From: a bacterium
GTDB lineage: Bacteria > Patescibacteriota > Minisyncoccia > Phycocordibacterales > UBA5272
Assembly (NCBI GenBank): GCA_027482685.1
Contig: JAIXVU010000009.1
Span: forward strand, 14,866 to 78,865
Length of the DNA: 64,000 nt
Direction of reading: 5' to 3'
Shown here in pieces: positions 47,955 through 56,890 of the stretch. The notes beneath the pieces are model-generated. The model saw nothing but the letters and a program-made list of their open reading frames with translations, did not search any database and was not told where the DNA came from. Position 1 is the stretch's first letter; each line of letters starts with the position of its first letter. Both the position numbers and the translations under genes were made by a program.

Positions 47955-49478
47955 TTAGTAGTTTGTTGAAGGGTAAAACCCAGTTGGGGGAGAGTTTGTT
48001 CTGCATCCAACTGTGTAATTTTCGATGAGTCTATTTTCTATCTGGATATTGCGAAGTGCTGGTGCGCCATCTCTAGTTCTTTGTCCGTTATGTTTGAACT
48101 GGAAATGAAGATGGACTCCATCGCTTAACCCAGTATTTCCCATTATCCCAAGCTGTTGTCCACGTCTCACTGTATCACCAACAGCAAGTGAAGATGGTGA
48201 TACCAAGTGCAGATACCAAGTAGTAAGTCCAGTGTTGATATCACCATCAAAATCATGGTCAATAACTACGTGGTTTCCGTTAGAGCTTGTGAAGCCGGAT
48301 GTAACTACACGTCCTGAAGCAGCAGCAAGGATTGGTACATTGTTAAGAATTGTATTACCTACCGCATCTTGGTATGTTCTTGCAGCAAAGTCTATCGAGT
48401 AGTAAGCAGCATCAATTGCGTGGAGTGTGTCAGCTGCTGTACCACAAAACGCTGCACCGCCAGGTTGGACTGTCTCATACCAATCTTTACCACCTGGTAA
48501 AGGCAACTTGAACGCTTCAAGAAATCTTACATCATCAAGCAAAAACCATCCTGGGACGTTACTAACAAACACAACCCCAGAGGTGCTTTGTGAACCAGCC
48601 CCAAAGGCACTTAATGGGATGAATACCTCGTACTCCGTGTTTATGGCCGCGACCCCACCAGGAACATAGTTTTCTAGATTTACTGAACCGTATGTCCCAG
48701 AAACCCCATCAGCCGCTAAACTTGCAATGAGAGACTGGTTCGTAACAGTCTTAGTGAATTTGACGGCAAGTATGCCATAGTCACTGACCGGCTGCCTGCC
48801 GGTGAATTTGTTTACGAGGTTGAGCTGCACACCACCCCAGGTATTAGTCACGTTCACATCCAGTCGACCTCCAATGGGAGATGAAACACCTGAACCCCAA
48901 TACCAAACTTGGATACTGGGTGCAACTTGCGTTTTAACCCCTTCAAAGAAGGTGATATTTCTTTCGAAACGCATCTCGTCAAAATACGCAGTGCCAACGG
49001 TAGCACTTTGTATTGAAATAAAATTGATTATCTTGTTCGCTGGAAGTGATAAGTCAGCTAGCGGGATACGCACCCAGGTCCATTGCCCTTGTGGGATGGA
49101 ATTTGTTGATGTGTAGTCTTGAACGTAGGTAGAAGCGATTGCTGGGTCGTATGCATTTATGCGCAGGTACAATTGCCCAGCGTTTGATGCGTTGTAAACA
49201 GCAAACACTAAAGATTTGTATCCAGTTGCATCAAATGGGCCATTGTTCCCGCCAGGCGAAAACCCGGCCCAAGGAGCAGTGAAATCCATGCGAATACTTC
49301 CAGAACCTTTGAATGTTGGACTTGTTGCCGGGCTGACAGGAACAGGGGAAGCTGGCCAAGACCAGCTCGCCCAACCTCCTACGAAACCATCTTCGATGAT
49401 CGATGCAGTTGCAGCTTGAGCTGCGAAAGCAGGCAACAAGAGCAGACATGTGATGATGCTCTGAAGAAACTTTTTCAT
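47955..49478 (-). CDS. Secreted M23-family (LytM-like) metallopeptidase with a large N-terminal beta-rich domain
   Basis: A signal peptide MKKFLQSIITCLLLLPAFAAQA is present. The C-terminal GNHVVIDH...WYLHL...GVHLHFQF matches the M23 HxxxD / HxH motifs. Confidence 0.7.
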   Translation of the reverse strand: MKKFLQSIITCLLLLPAFAAQAATASIIEDGFVGGWASWSWPASPVPVSPATSPTFKGSGSIRMDFTAPWAGFSPGGNNGPFDATGYKSLVFAVYNASNAGQLYLRINAYDPAIASTYVQDYTSTNSIPQGQWTWVRIPLADLSLPANKIINFISIQSATVGTAYFDEMRFERNITFFEGVKTQVAPSIQVWYWGSGVSSPIGGRLDVNVTNTWGGVQLNLVNKFTGRQPVSDYGILAVKFTKTVTNQSLIASLAADGVSGTYGSVNLENYVPGGVAAINTEYEVFIPLSAFGAGSQSTSGVVFVSNVPGWFLLDDVRFLEAFKLPLPGGKDWYETVQPGGAAFCGTAADTLHAIDAAYYSIDFAARTYQDAVGNTILNNVPILAAASGRVVTSGFTSSNGNHVVIDHDFDGDINTGLTTWYLHLVSPSSLAVGDTVRRGQQLGIMGNTGLSDGVHLHFQFKHNGQRTRDGAPALRNIQIENRLIENYTVGCRTNSPPTGFYPSTNY

Positions 49479-49617
49479 GGGGACTCCCAAGTTGAGAAAG
49501 AACAGTTCACACAGAATTGTGCAAGCCTTTAGAAGCATAGCACGTAAAAGGGGGCAGTCTTACAACTTACATATGTGGATTACTTTCACGAGTGGTTATT
49601 ATAAATTTGCAAAATGC

Positions 49618-50283
49618 TTATTTTTTTACAACATCAATAATCTTACCGTTGATAAGGAAATCATCCTGGCTCGAAATATAAATTGGTTTATGTATTGAAT
49701 TACTTGATTCGGATATAAGAGATATTCTTCCAGACGCAATATCTCTGTGGTACTTTTTTATATTTGCGTATCCGTCGAGGATAGACAGTACATAGTCTCC
49801 AGACAATGGGTTTGTATGTGTAGGGTCAACCAACACAAGGTCTCCATCCTCAATGTTCTTGTCATTAATCTTTGCCTTGTTCATTGAGTCACCCTCAACC
49901 CATAACGCAAAGTAGTTTTTATTATTTCCTAACACCTTCTTGGAAACCTTTATGTAGCCCTCTATGTTCTCTTCTGCTGTTAGGGTAGCTAGACCAGCAT
50001 TTGCGGAACCTAGGATTGGAACACTTATAGAATCTAATCCTTTTTGAGACAGGAAGGGTGTCTTTATAAGTTTGTTTTCGTTTATTTCTATTGAACGAGC
50101 TTTATTAGTTGTTTTTTCGAGATAACCAAGTTTCTGAAGATTGTTAATATGGTACTGAGCAGCTGAGGGATGGGCCATAAACTCTGAAAAGTTGTTCGCT
50201 ATCTCCTCCAAAGAGGGAGCAATATTATTCTTTTGAGCATAGGAGACAACGAAATCATACACCATTTTTTGTTTTTTGGTCAT
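49618..50283 (-). CDS. LexA/CI-like S24 peptidase repressor
   Basis: An N-terminal wHTH (YDFVVSYAQKNNIAPSLEEIANN) is combined with C-terminal S24 motifs (ALWVEGDSM with the Ser nucleophile; Lys further downstream). Confidence 0.7.
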   Translation of the reverse strand: MTKKQKMVYDFVVSYAQKNNIAPSLEEIANNFSEFMAHPSAAQYHINNLQKLGYLEKTTNKARSIEINENKLIKTPFLSQKGLDSISVPILGSANAGLATLTAEENIEGYIKVSKKVLGNNKNYFALWVEGDSMNKAKINDKNIEDGDLVLVDPTHTNPLSGDYVLSILDGYANIKKYHRDIASGRISLISESSNSIHKPIYISSQDDFLINGKIIDVVKK

Positions 50284-50289
50284 AAAAGC

Positions 50290-50328
50290 TTGACTTACAG
50301 TTTCTTTTCAAATAATATATACAGTATA
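50290..50328 (+). promoter_or_regulatory. Sigma70-like promoter (TTGACT-17-TAATAT) with an overlapping palindrome TATACAGTATA, divergent from the repressor gene
   Basis: The -35 TTGACT is at 50290-50295 and the -10 TAATAT at 50313-50318. The palindrome at 50318-50328 is a candidate operator. Confidence 0.4.
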
Positions 50329-50380
50329 CCTCATGAGAGGTCTTAAATCAACATATTAATAACTAACTTTATCCACATAT

Positions 50381-50749
50381 ATGGGAGGAGGCTCAAAACG
50401 AAAAGAAGAAGATTCGCCAATAATCAGACGACCTAGGAAGGTTGTTTCATCAGGGGCTGGGGGTGGTAGTGGTTCAGAGGGAGGTGTATCAGTTGGGGAT
50501 ATTTGTATTCCATCATTTGAAACAGCTCTTAGCAATGACATCGTAGAATTGCAGGACAACGAAGGGGTATCTCTTCGAAAAAATACCACTGGTATCTATG
50601 AAGTAATAGTGCGTGCAAAAAAGGTCGGAGAACTGAATAAGAGAATATCAAAGATGGTTACAACTTGCTTAGATACGGGGGTTACTTATTCTGGTACGGT
50701 AATCGAGAAGAAACAGAATGAATTCCTCGCACGATTTATACGAAAATAA
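50381..50749 (+). CDS. Hypothetical Gly-rich protein (island cargo operon, gene 1)
   Basis: The 122-aa ORF overlaps the next gene by 32 nt. Confidence 0.4.
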   Translation: MGGGSKRKEEDSPIIRRPRKVVSSGAGGGSGSEGGVSVGDICIPSFETALSNDIVELQDNEGVSLRKNTTGIYEVIVRAKKVGELNKRISKMVTTCLDTGVTYSGTVIEKKQNEFLARFIRK

Positions 50750-51878
50750 GCCTCCTACTTTATTCAGTCAAATGTGTAAAGTTGCTGAAGGTAATTTCTA
50801 TGATATTCCAGCTAGTAAAGCTTCGGATGTAGTTGAGGTGTGTGATTCACTCGGTAGAAAAATAGTTACATGTAATAATCCACATTTACATGAGTTCATC
50901 GATGAAGTCGGAGGTAGTCTTTCTCTAGATATTGCATTGCCAGACGTTAAGATTGAATTACCTGCATACATCCCAATTCTTGATAAGAGAACAGCACGCA
51001 TGAATAGATTTTCTATCCCTGCCGGCATTAGTGTTTTGGGAATCACACTTCAAGATATATTAAAGTCTGGTGTTACTTATAAAGCCGGAGCGTGGCATGA
51101 GCAGAAAGAAATAAAATTTGATCTTGCTATTCGTGTGGCAGATGCTTTCTATAATAAGAAAGTCATACTGTTTGCTACTGGTCCAGATACAATGATTGAA
51201 TGGTGCTGGCACCAAAGAGATGAATGTAATATGTACAAATACATCAAGGCAATGGGGTTCGACTTAATGACAGGCATTAATTTTTCAGTCATTAAAGGAG
51301 AGTGTCCTTTTGGTCAATGTTTGAACCAAAAGAAGAGCCTGTTATCTGCCTCTCTAGCTATCGACGAGGGCATCCCTGCAGTGCCTCATATTTACACTAT
51401 AGACAAAGATGATATCAATACATGGAGTGCATACTTAGAAGCAAATCCACAAGTACGACTAGTTACAATGAACTGTCAGTTACAGAAAAAGCATATTGAT
51501 ATTCAAGCCTTAATAAAAGCAATCAATATTTTAATGGAGAAGTTTCCTGATTTACATTTTCTATTAACCGGCTTTCATCTGCATAGAGCTTCTGAGTTTG
51601 GTTCAAATCTTGAAAGAATACATTTTGCCGATAAGAGTTGTGTCAAAGATGCTCAAGCACACAGGAAATTCTTTTTTGACTTTGAAACCTTGAAGATTAG
51701 CAGGCATTACTGTGATGAGTCATATGAGAAAATCGCCACTCATAACATGAATTATAGAAGAATGTATATTGAAATTTTGAAACAACGGACACTTAAGAAA
51801 TACAAAATACCAGACGAGATTATTAAATTGATTGAAACAACTTTTCATCCTACGTTTCAAAATAAAAGCGTTTCGTAG
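50718..51878 (+). CDS. Hypothetical protein (island cargo operon, gene 2)
   Basis: 386-aa ORF with no confident family assignment. Confidence 0.45.
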   Translation: MNSSHDLYENKPPTLFSQMCKVAEGNFYDIPASKASDVVEVCDSLGRKIVTCNNPHLHEFIDEVGGSLSLDIALPDVKIELPAYIPILDKRTARMNRFSIPAGISVLGITLQDILKSGVTYKAGAWHEQKEIKFDLAIRVADAFYNKKVILFATGPDTMIEWCWHQRDECNMYKYIKAMGFDLMTGINFSVIKGECPFGQCLNQKKSLLSASLAIDEGIPAVPHIYTIDKDDINTWSAYLEANPQVRLVTMNCQLQKKHIDIQALIKAINILMEKFPDLHFLLTGFHLHRASEFGSNLERIHFADKSCVKDAQAHRKFFFDFETLKISRHYCDESYEKIATHNMNYRRMYIEILKQRTLKKYKIPDEIIKLIETTFHPTFQNKSVS

Positions 51879-51974
51879 TTTACTTAATACTACATAAGTA
51901 TTAGAATTAGGTCATACAATTGAATATAAGTAGCCTAAACCAGTGAGTAATCGCTGGCATGGTGAATAAGACCG

Positions 51975-52688
51975 TTGAAGATAAAAAACCCATCATGTGG
52001 GATTTGTCTTCAACGGCCATATCTGGAAACGGATATGGAGAGCGTAAGCTCTCACTCACGTGGTGGGCTTTTTGTATTCTCACCACTTACTAAACATTAT
52101 TTTATGACTACACAGAAAAATAAAAAACATAGTGTGTGGGGATGGGTGCTAGTAGGGTTTGGGGCACTGCTTTTACTTACTAAAGCGTTCTCGCTGGCGT
52201 TACTTGTCCTACTAGGGGGCTGCCTATTAATTATCAATAAAAAAGCAAAGGTTGGAGATGGTGACAAAGAGGTGTTGAAGGCTAAAGCGAGTAAGCAACG
52301 AAAATATCTTTTTGTTTCATTTGTAATTGCATACTTTAGCTTTTCTGTATTTAACTACTTCCAAAATCTTCCTGCAGAAGAAGTGAAGACTGTTGTTTCT
52401 CCAGAGCAAAAGCAAAAAGATCTTCAAACACTAAAAGAGACTATGGCTATTCTGACAGAAAACAAACTAGCCACTTCATACGAGTTTTCAGAAAATGCAA
52501 ATGTTGTTTATGTAAGTGGCAAGTGGTACGGCTTGACAGCTCAAGAAAAGAAAGAGTTGCTAACTAGTATTGGTAATGTAAAAGATGTAGCAACTGGATA
52601 TCGTTGGTTTGAAGTAAGAGATGCTTACTCAGATGAGTTGGTTGCTAAGGTGACTGCATTCACTGGCTCGGTGGAGATTTATAAGTAA
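51975..52688 (+). CDS. Hypothetical membrane protein (island cargo operon, gene 3)
   Basis: A TM segment WVLVGFGALLLLTKAFSLALLVLLGGCLLII is present. An alternative start is at 52104. A terminator hairpin GCACCCTCTCCATTGCTGGAGAGGGTGC follows at 52869-52896. Confidence 0.45.
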   Translation: MKIKNPSCGICLQRPYLETDMESVSSHSRGGLFVFSPLTKHYFMTTQKNKKHSVWGWVLVGFGALLLLTKAFSLALLVLLGGCLLIINKKAKVGDGDKEVLKAKASKQRKYLFVSFVIAYFSFSVFNYFQNLPAEEVKTVVSPEQKQKDLQTLKETMAILTENKLATSYEFSENANVVYVSGKWYGLTAQEKKELLTSIGNVKDVATGYRWFEVRDAYSDELVAKVTAFTGSVEIYK

Positions 52689-52923
52689 AAATATATTTGT
52701 TTGTTGGTAATTGCAAGAATTAGCGTTGTACTGAATGTACCACCAGAGAGAGTTGGCTACTTGGGTTCATAAATCTACCACCTGTTTAGGATTTCTTTTG
52801 ATGCGAGTGTTCCTACGATAACGCAGGAGTTAATGAATACGTAAATAATGTGGTATTCACCACAGTTGCACCCTCTCCATTGCTGGAGAGGGTGCTTTGT
52901 GTCTGCATAGAGTGTAGTCCTCT

Positions 52924-52952
52924 ATTGATTTTAGGTGCAGTTTCGTGTATAA
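52924..52952 (+). promoter_or_regulatory. Sigma70-like promoter TTGATT-17-TATAAT
   Basis: CTATTGATTTTAGGTGCAGTTTCGTGTATAATGCG lies ~355 nt upstream of the SF3-helicase gene. Confidence 0.4.
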
Positions 52953-53308
52953 TGCGAAGCAATTAAATATACATTTAGGTTGGTGCCGTAGAGTTTTATT
53001 TCAAGACTCGCTTGTTGCCCTTCCGAGATAAGGAATCAGTCTGTATAAACAGACCCTTGTTCGGGATGCAACTTGCGAGTTTTGTTTTTTTGCACCAGAC
53101 ACCTTTTCTTGTTCTCCACTACTAATAATAAGTGGTGCATCACACTTGATAACAACTTCTATGTCAAGAGACTTAGATAGATTCAAGAGCATATACTTTG
53201 ACGAATTCAAAGAAACATTGTCTGATGAAGACGCGGAGCGTAACGCTCGGTCGCTTCTTAATCTATATGTGGCTGTGTACGGCAGTGTTTTAGATACCGT
53301 CAAGGACT

Positions 53309-54853
53309 GTGCTTAGAATAACCTTCAATCATATGAATGAATTAAAGAAGGAGCAAATCGGTGCTTCTAAAACCAAATCCGATGTGAAAGGACGTTATAC
53401 AGTTTCCCAAGTATTCCCAGACGGGAGTATTGCAGACATGATGTATTCAAGAAATACATTTAGCGGAGTGTTCGCTATTACTAGGGGTGATGATAGCCAA
53501 TTACTCGATGAGCCACTGGTTGGCCAAGATGGCAACTTAACGTTGGATGTTGAGAAAGCATGTTTCAAGCTGGTGCCAACAAAGGTTGTGCGTGACTTGG
53601 TGGACAAGAACTTTATTAACCTCGCGTCAGGGCTCGAGGCGTATGGAACAGTACAAGAGTTATACAATCAAATTCGTGAACATATACAGAAGTATGTGGT
53701 TCTTGAAGATGTGCGTTTCTACGACGTTGCAACAGGATATGTTCTCATGTCTTGGGTGTTTGATAGGTTTAACACAGTACCGTACTTACGAGTAGTAGGA
53801 GATCTAGGCACTGGCAAGTCGAGATTTCTAGAAGTGGTCGGTAAGTTGTGTAATCGCTCGATGATGGCGAGCGGTTCAATCTCTATGGCTGCTGTATTTA
53901 GGACACTCGACCTTGTACAAGGGACATTAGTGTTTGACGAAGCAGACTTCAAATCATCAGACATGTCAGATGACATAGTTAAGATTCTGAACGGTGGTCA
54001 CAAAAAAGATACACCAGTTGTCAGAATGGAACTTGTTAATGATGTACTAAAGCCAACATCGTTCCGAGTGTTTGGTCCAAAGATACTTGGTTCTCGACGT
54101 AGCTTTGGTGATACTGCACTTGAGAGTAGGTGTATAACCCAAAGACTCTTTCCGATGAGACGAGTTGAAGTGCCTGTACACCTGCCACCTACGTTTGAGA
54201 CTGATTCTCAGATGTTCAGAAACAAGTTACAGATGTTTAGACTTAACACATTTCATCGTGTGAAAGAAGATGAGAGTTCTCTCTTAGGTCTTGAGTTTCC
54301 TCGGCTTAAGCAAACAGCCCTTGCGCTTACAAGTATCGTGAAGATGGTTGGTGATGAACAATTAAAATCAGTACTTGGCTTTCTTGTTGATTACGAGAAG
54401 TCATTACTAGATAGTGTTTCAACTGATATATTTGCAGACATCTTGCTGTGCATTGCACAGCTCATGGAGTTTGATGAGTATGTTAAAAAGTCAGGAGTGA
54501 TACATATGAACACTATTGCTAACGCCTTTAACAAGCAATTCTATGATGACCATGCAGAGCGTGAGACACGTACTGTCAATACTCGCGATGGAGTGCTCTC
54601 AATACCTGGACAACGTGTATCTGCACGAAAGATAGGTAGCTATGTTGATAAGCTTGGTATAGCAAAAATGCGTGACGGACACGGAGTATGTATCCCTCTT
54701 ATATCAGAGGCTCCAAGAATTATGCAAATGGTTGAGCGTCATGGACTAATGGAGATACTCAGTAATCTTCGTAAAGAAGAAGATTACAAAAAAACTAACC
54801 CTACTAAAGTTCCCATAAGTACGTTCGTTGAAACCACAGATGCACCTTTCTAA
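53309..54853 (+). CDS. SF3-helicase-like P-loop NTPase (D5 / P4-alpha C-terminal type replication protein)
   Basis: Walker A VVGDLGTGKS, Walker B LVFDEADF, and the post-Walker-B block IVKILNGGHKKDTPVVRMEL...FRVFGPKIL resemble the LTGGD-type motif of D5/P4 helicases. Confidence 0.5.
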   Translation: MLRITFNHMNELKKEQIGASKTKSDVKGRYTVSQVFPDGSIADMMYSRNTFSGVFAITRGDDSQLLDEPLVGQDGNLTLDVEKACFKLVPTKVVRDLVDKNFINLASGLEAYGTVQELYNQIREHIQKYVVLEDVRFYDVATGYVLMSWVFDRFNTVPYLRVVGDLGTGKSRFLEVVGKLCNRSMMASGSISMAAVFRTLDLVQGTLVFDEADFKSSDMSDDIVKILNGGHKKDTPVVRMELVNDVLKPTSFRVFGPKILGSRRSFGDTALESRCITQRLFPMRRVEVPVHLPPTFETDSQMFRNKLQMFRLNTFHRVKEDESSLLGLEFPRLKQTALALTSIVKMVGDEQLKSVLGFLVDYEKSLLDSVSTDIFADILLCIAQLMEFDEYVKKSGVIHMNTIANAFNKQFYDDHAERETRTVNTRDGVLSIPGQRVSARKIGSYVDKLGIAKMRDGHGVCIPLISEAPRIMQMVERHGLMEILSNLRKEEDYKKTNPTKVPISTFVETTDAPF

Positions 54854-54996
54854 AACTAAACTATTACTTACAACTAACTAAGTCTAAGGAAAGCACTACA
54901 CGTTATAGACAGGTTCTAATTTTTTTCACCTGTACAGGAGAGGGAGTCCATATACCATTACAACTAGGTATACATACTACCAACTGATACAGATAT

Positions 54997-55179
54997 ATGA
55001 AAAAAATTACAATCTCTAGCACCAAGAAAAAAGATACTTCAAACAAGTTTCAGCCAGAACTACTTGCTAACCAGCTATTGCTTGGAAGTGAATTTAGTGA
55101 AGGTACAGAAGCACATATGAAGTATGCTCACGGTAAGCTCACAATCATTGTGGGTAAGAAGCCTAAAAACTGGGAGTGA
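54997..55179 (+). CDS. Small basic hypothetical protein upstream of the recombinase (possible excisionase / directionality factor)
   Basis: The 60-aa ORF ends 7 nt before the integrase ORF. Confidence 0.25.
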   Translation: MKKITISSTKKKDTSNKFQPELLANQLLLGSEFSEGTEAHMKYAHGKLTIIVGKKPKNWE

Positions 55180-55186
55180 GTAATGT

Positions 55187-56890
55187 GTGATAGCGAGTAC
55201 TTCGACCACAAAAATTATGTCTACATCAAACCAAAACAACACCAACTTAAAGTATGTTCTCTATGCACGTCGCTCAATTGTCGCGAATAAGACAGAGGAG
55301 GACAAAGGTATACCGTCCATTGAATCTCAACTAACTGAAGTTAGAGAACTTGCTCAAAATGAAGGGCGTGTAATTGTGAAAGAATTTAAAGAGACAATGT
55401 CAGCGAGTGAGCCAGGGATACGTCCAGAGTTTACTAAAATGATTGAGTACATTAAGTCTGGTAAAGCAAACGCAATCATTTGCTTCAAAATGGATAGATT
55501 AGCAAGAAACTCAGTTGATGAGGGAGTGATTAAACACTTACTTCAAAAAGGGAAAATACAGTGTATTCGTTCTACTGATAGAGAGTGGAGTACAGATGAC
55601 CACACACTCATCTGGTCAGTAGAGTTTGGAACTTCTACACAGTATTCTCGTGACTTGAAGAAGCACATTAAACGTGGGCAGAATGAAGCTCTACGGCGTG
55701 GGTTTAGGCCAGGGCTTGCTCCAATTGGCTACAAGAATACTAAGTACCGAGAGCAAGGCATGGACGAATCTATTGTGGTAGACGAAGAGAACTTTACGAT
55801 TCTACGCAAGATGTTTGATTATATTCTTTCGGGGAAGCATACACCATTCCAAGTGCTTAAAATCGCGACCGAGGAATGGGGAATTCGTTCTCGTAAAACA
55901 CGTCGCTACCCAAAAGGTAGACCTCTTTCAAAAGCTGCTTGGTATAGCATCCTTTCAAACCCATTCTATTATGGAGAGTTTGAGTACCCTATTGGGTCGG
56001 GGGTTTGGACGAAAGGAAAGCATAAACCACTCATTACACAGGGTGAGTTTGAAACAGTCCAGCAGATACTTAATAAAGATGCTCCTCGTCCTAAAACCCA
56101 CAATCATGCATACGTTGGTCTAATGCGTTGCGGACAATGTGGAGCTCGTGTTACTTGTGAAGCAAAGGTAAAGAAGCAGAAGAATGGTAATGTACATTAT
56201 TACTCTTATTATCATTGTACGGGGCAGGTCGACTCAAGCTGTACACAGAAGTCAGTTAGACAAGATGTCTTAGAGGAGCAAATAATCGAATTCTTTTCTT
56301 CGATGAAAATATCACACTCATTTCATGAGTGGGCTATTGCAGAACTTAAAAGTGAGTATGAGCGTGAGAGAAACGATAAGACGACCATCTTGTACAACCA
56401 GCATAGAGAGCATTTCAAGATAAAGGAAATGCTTGACCGGTTGTTTGACATGAGAGTTGCTGGGGAAATAGATTCTGATCGCTATCTTGAGGAGAAGGCA
56501 AGATTAGAAACTGAGGAGAGGAGATTAGCAGGACAGCTTGAGGTCATAAACACACGAGTTCAAACATGGGTTCATGACGCAAAACGCCTCATGACCTTCG
56601 CAGAACGAGTCATAGATGAGTTCAAGAACGGCACTATTGATAAAAAGAGGGCAATATTTGCATCTCTTGGAACAGAGCATGTCCTTTTAGACAGAAAGTT
56701 GACTGTAAAGACAGAAAAACCACTTCTTGTTATTCAAGAAATGGTTTCTGCTGCGAACGCAGTAGGTAAACCATTAGAACCTGCTACTTTCCTTAGTCTG
56801 CAAGGTCAAAATGGCAAAATACTACCTACTGGTCCACCCTTGTGGAGGTGGGCGGAATCGAACCGCCGTGTAATAAGGTATGAGATATAA
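55187..56890 (+). CDS. Large serine recombinase (phage-type integrase)
   Basis: The N-terminal resolvase catalytic domain (YARRSIV...SIESQ), the recombinase domain, the zinc ribbon CGQCGARVTC...YYSYYHC, and a coiled-coil are present. The 3' end overlaps the ssrA 3' end antisense. Confidence 0.8.
   Translation: MIASTSTTKIMSTSNQNNTNLKYVLYARRSIVANKTEEDKGIPSIESQLTEVRELAQNEGRVIVKEFKETMSASEPGIRPEFTKMIEYIKSGKANAIICFKMDRLARNSVDEGVIKHLLQKGKIQCIRSTDREWSTDDHTLIWSVEFGTSTQYSRDLKKHIKRGQNEALRRGFRPGLAPIGYKNTKYREQGMDESIVVDEENFTILRKMFDYILSGKHTPFQVLKIATEEWGIRSRKTRRYPKGRPLSKAAWYSILSNPFYYGEFEYPIGSGVWTKGKHKPLITQGEFETVQQILNKDAPRPKTHNHAYVGLMRCGQCGARVTCEAKVKKQKNGNVHYYSYYHCTGQVDSSCTQKSVRQDVLEEQIIEFFSSMKISHSFHEWAIAELKSEYERERNDKTTILYNQHREHFKIKEMLDRLFDMRVAGEIDSDRYLEEKARLETEERRLAGQLEVINTRVQTWVHDAKRLMTFAERVIDEFKNGTIDKKRAIFASLGTEHVLLDRKLTVKTEKPLLVIQEMVSAANAVGKPLEPATFLSLQGQNGKILPTGPPLWRWAESNRRVIRYEI

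Noticed and set aside
50718-51878. Possible TGT/DpdA-like (queuine tRNA-ribosyltransferase fold) assignment for the 386-aa cargo protein
   Set aside because: It rests only on a short GxDhh-like segment and size similarity; the canonical CxCxxC...H zinc site is absent (only CPFGQC). It is mentioned as a lead but not annotated.
53001-53303. 100-aa minus-strand ORF in the leader region of the SF3 helicase gene
   Set aside because: It is Ser/Leu-rich, with no RBS, and lies between a promoter and its gene; treated as non-coding leader.
56840-56870. T-arm-like GGCGGAATCGAACCGCC plus an acceptor-like stretch, first read as a minus-strand tRNA or tRNA fragment serving as an att site
   Set aside because: No matching 5' acceptor strand, D-arm or anticodon arm lies within ~80 nt. 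The complementary acceptor strand (GGGGGUG, with a G:U wobble) lies ~510 nt away in a tmRNA-consensus 5' end next to smpB, so the feature is the 3' tRNA-like domain of ssrA.
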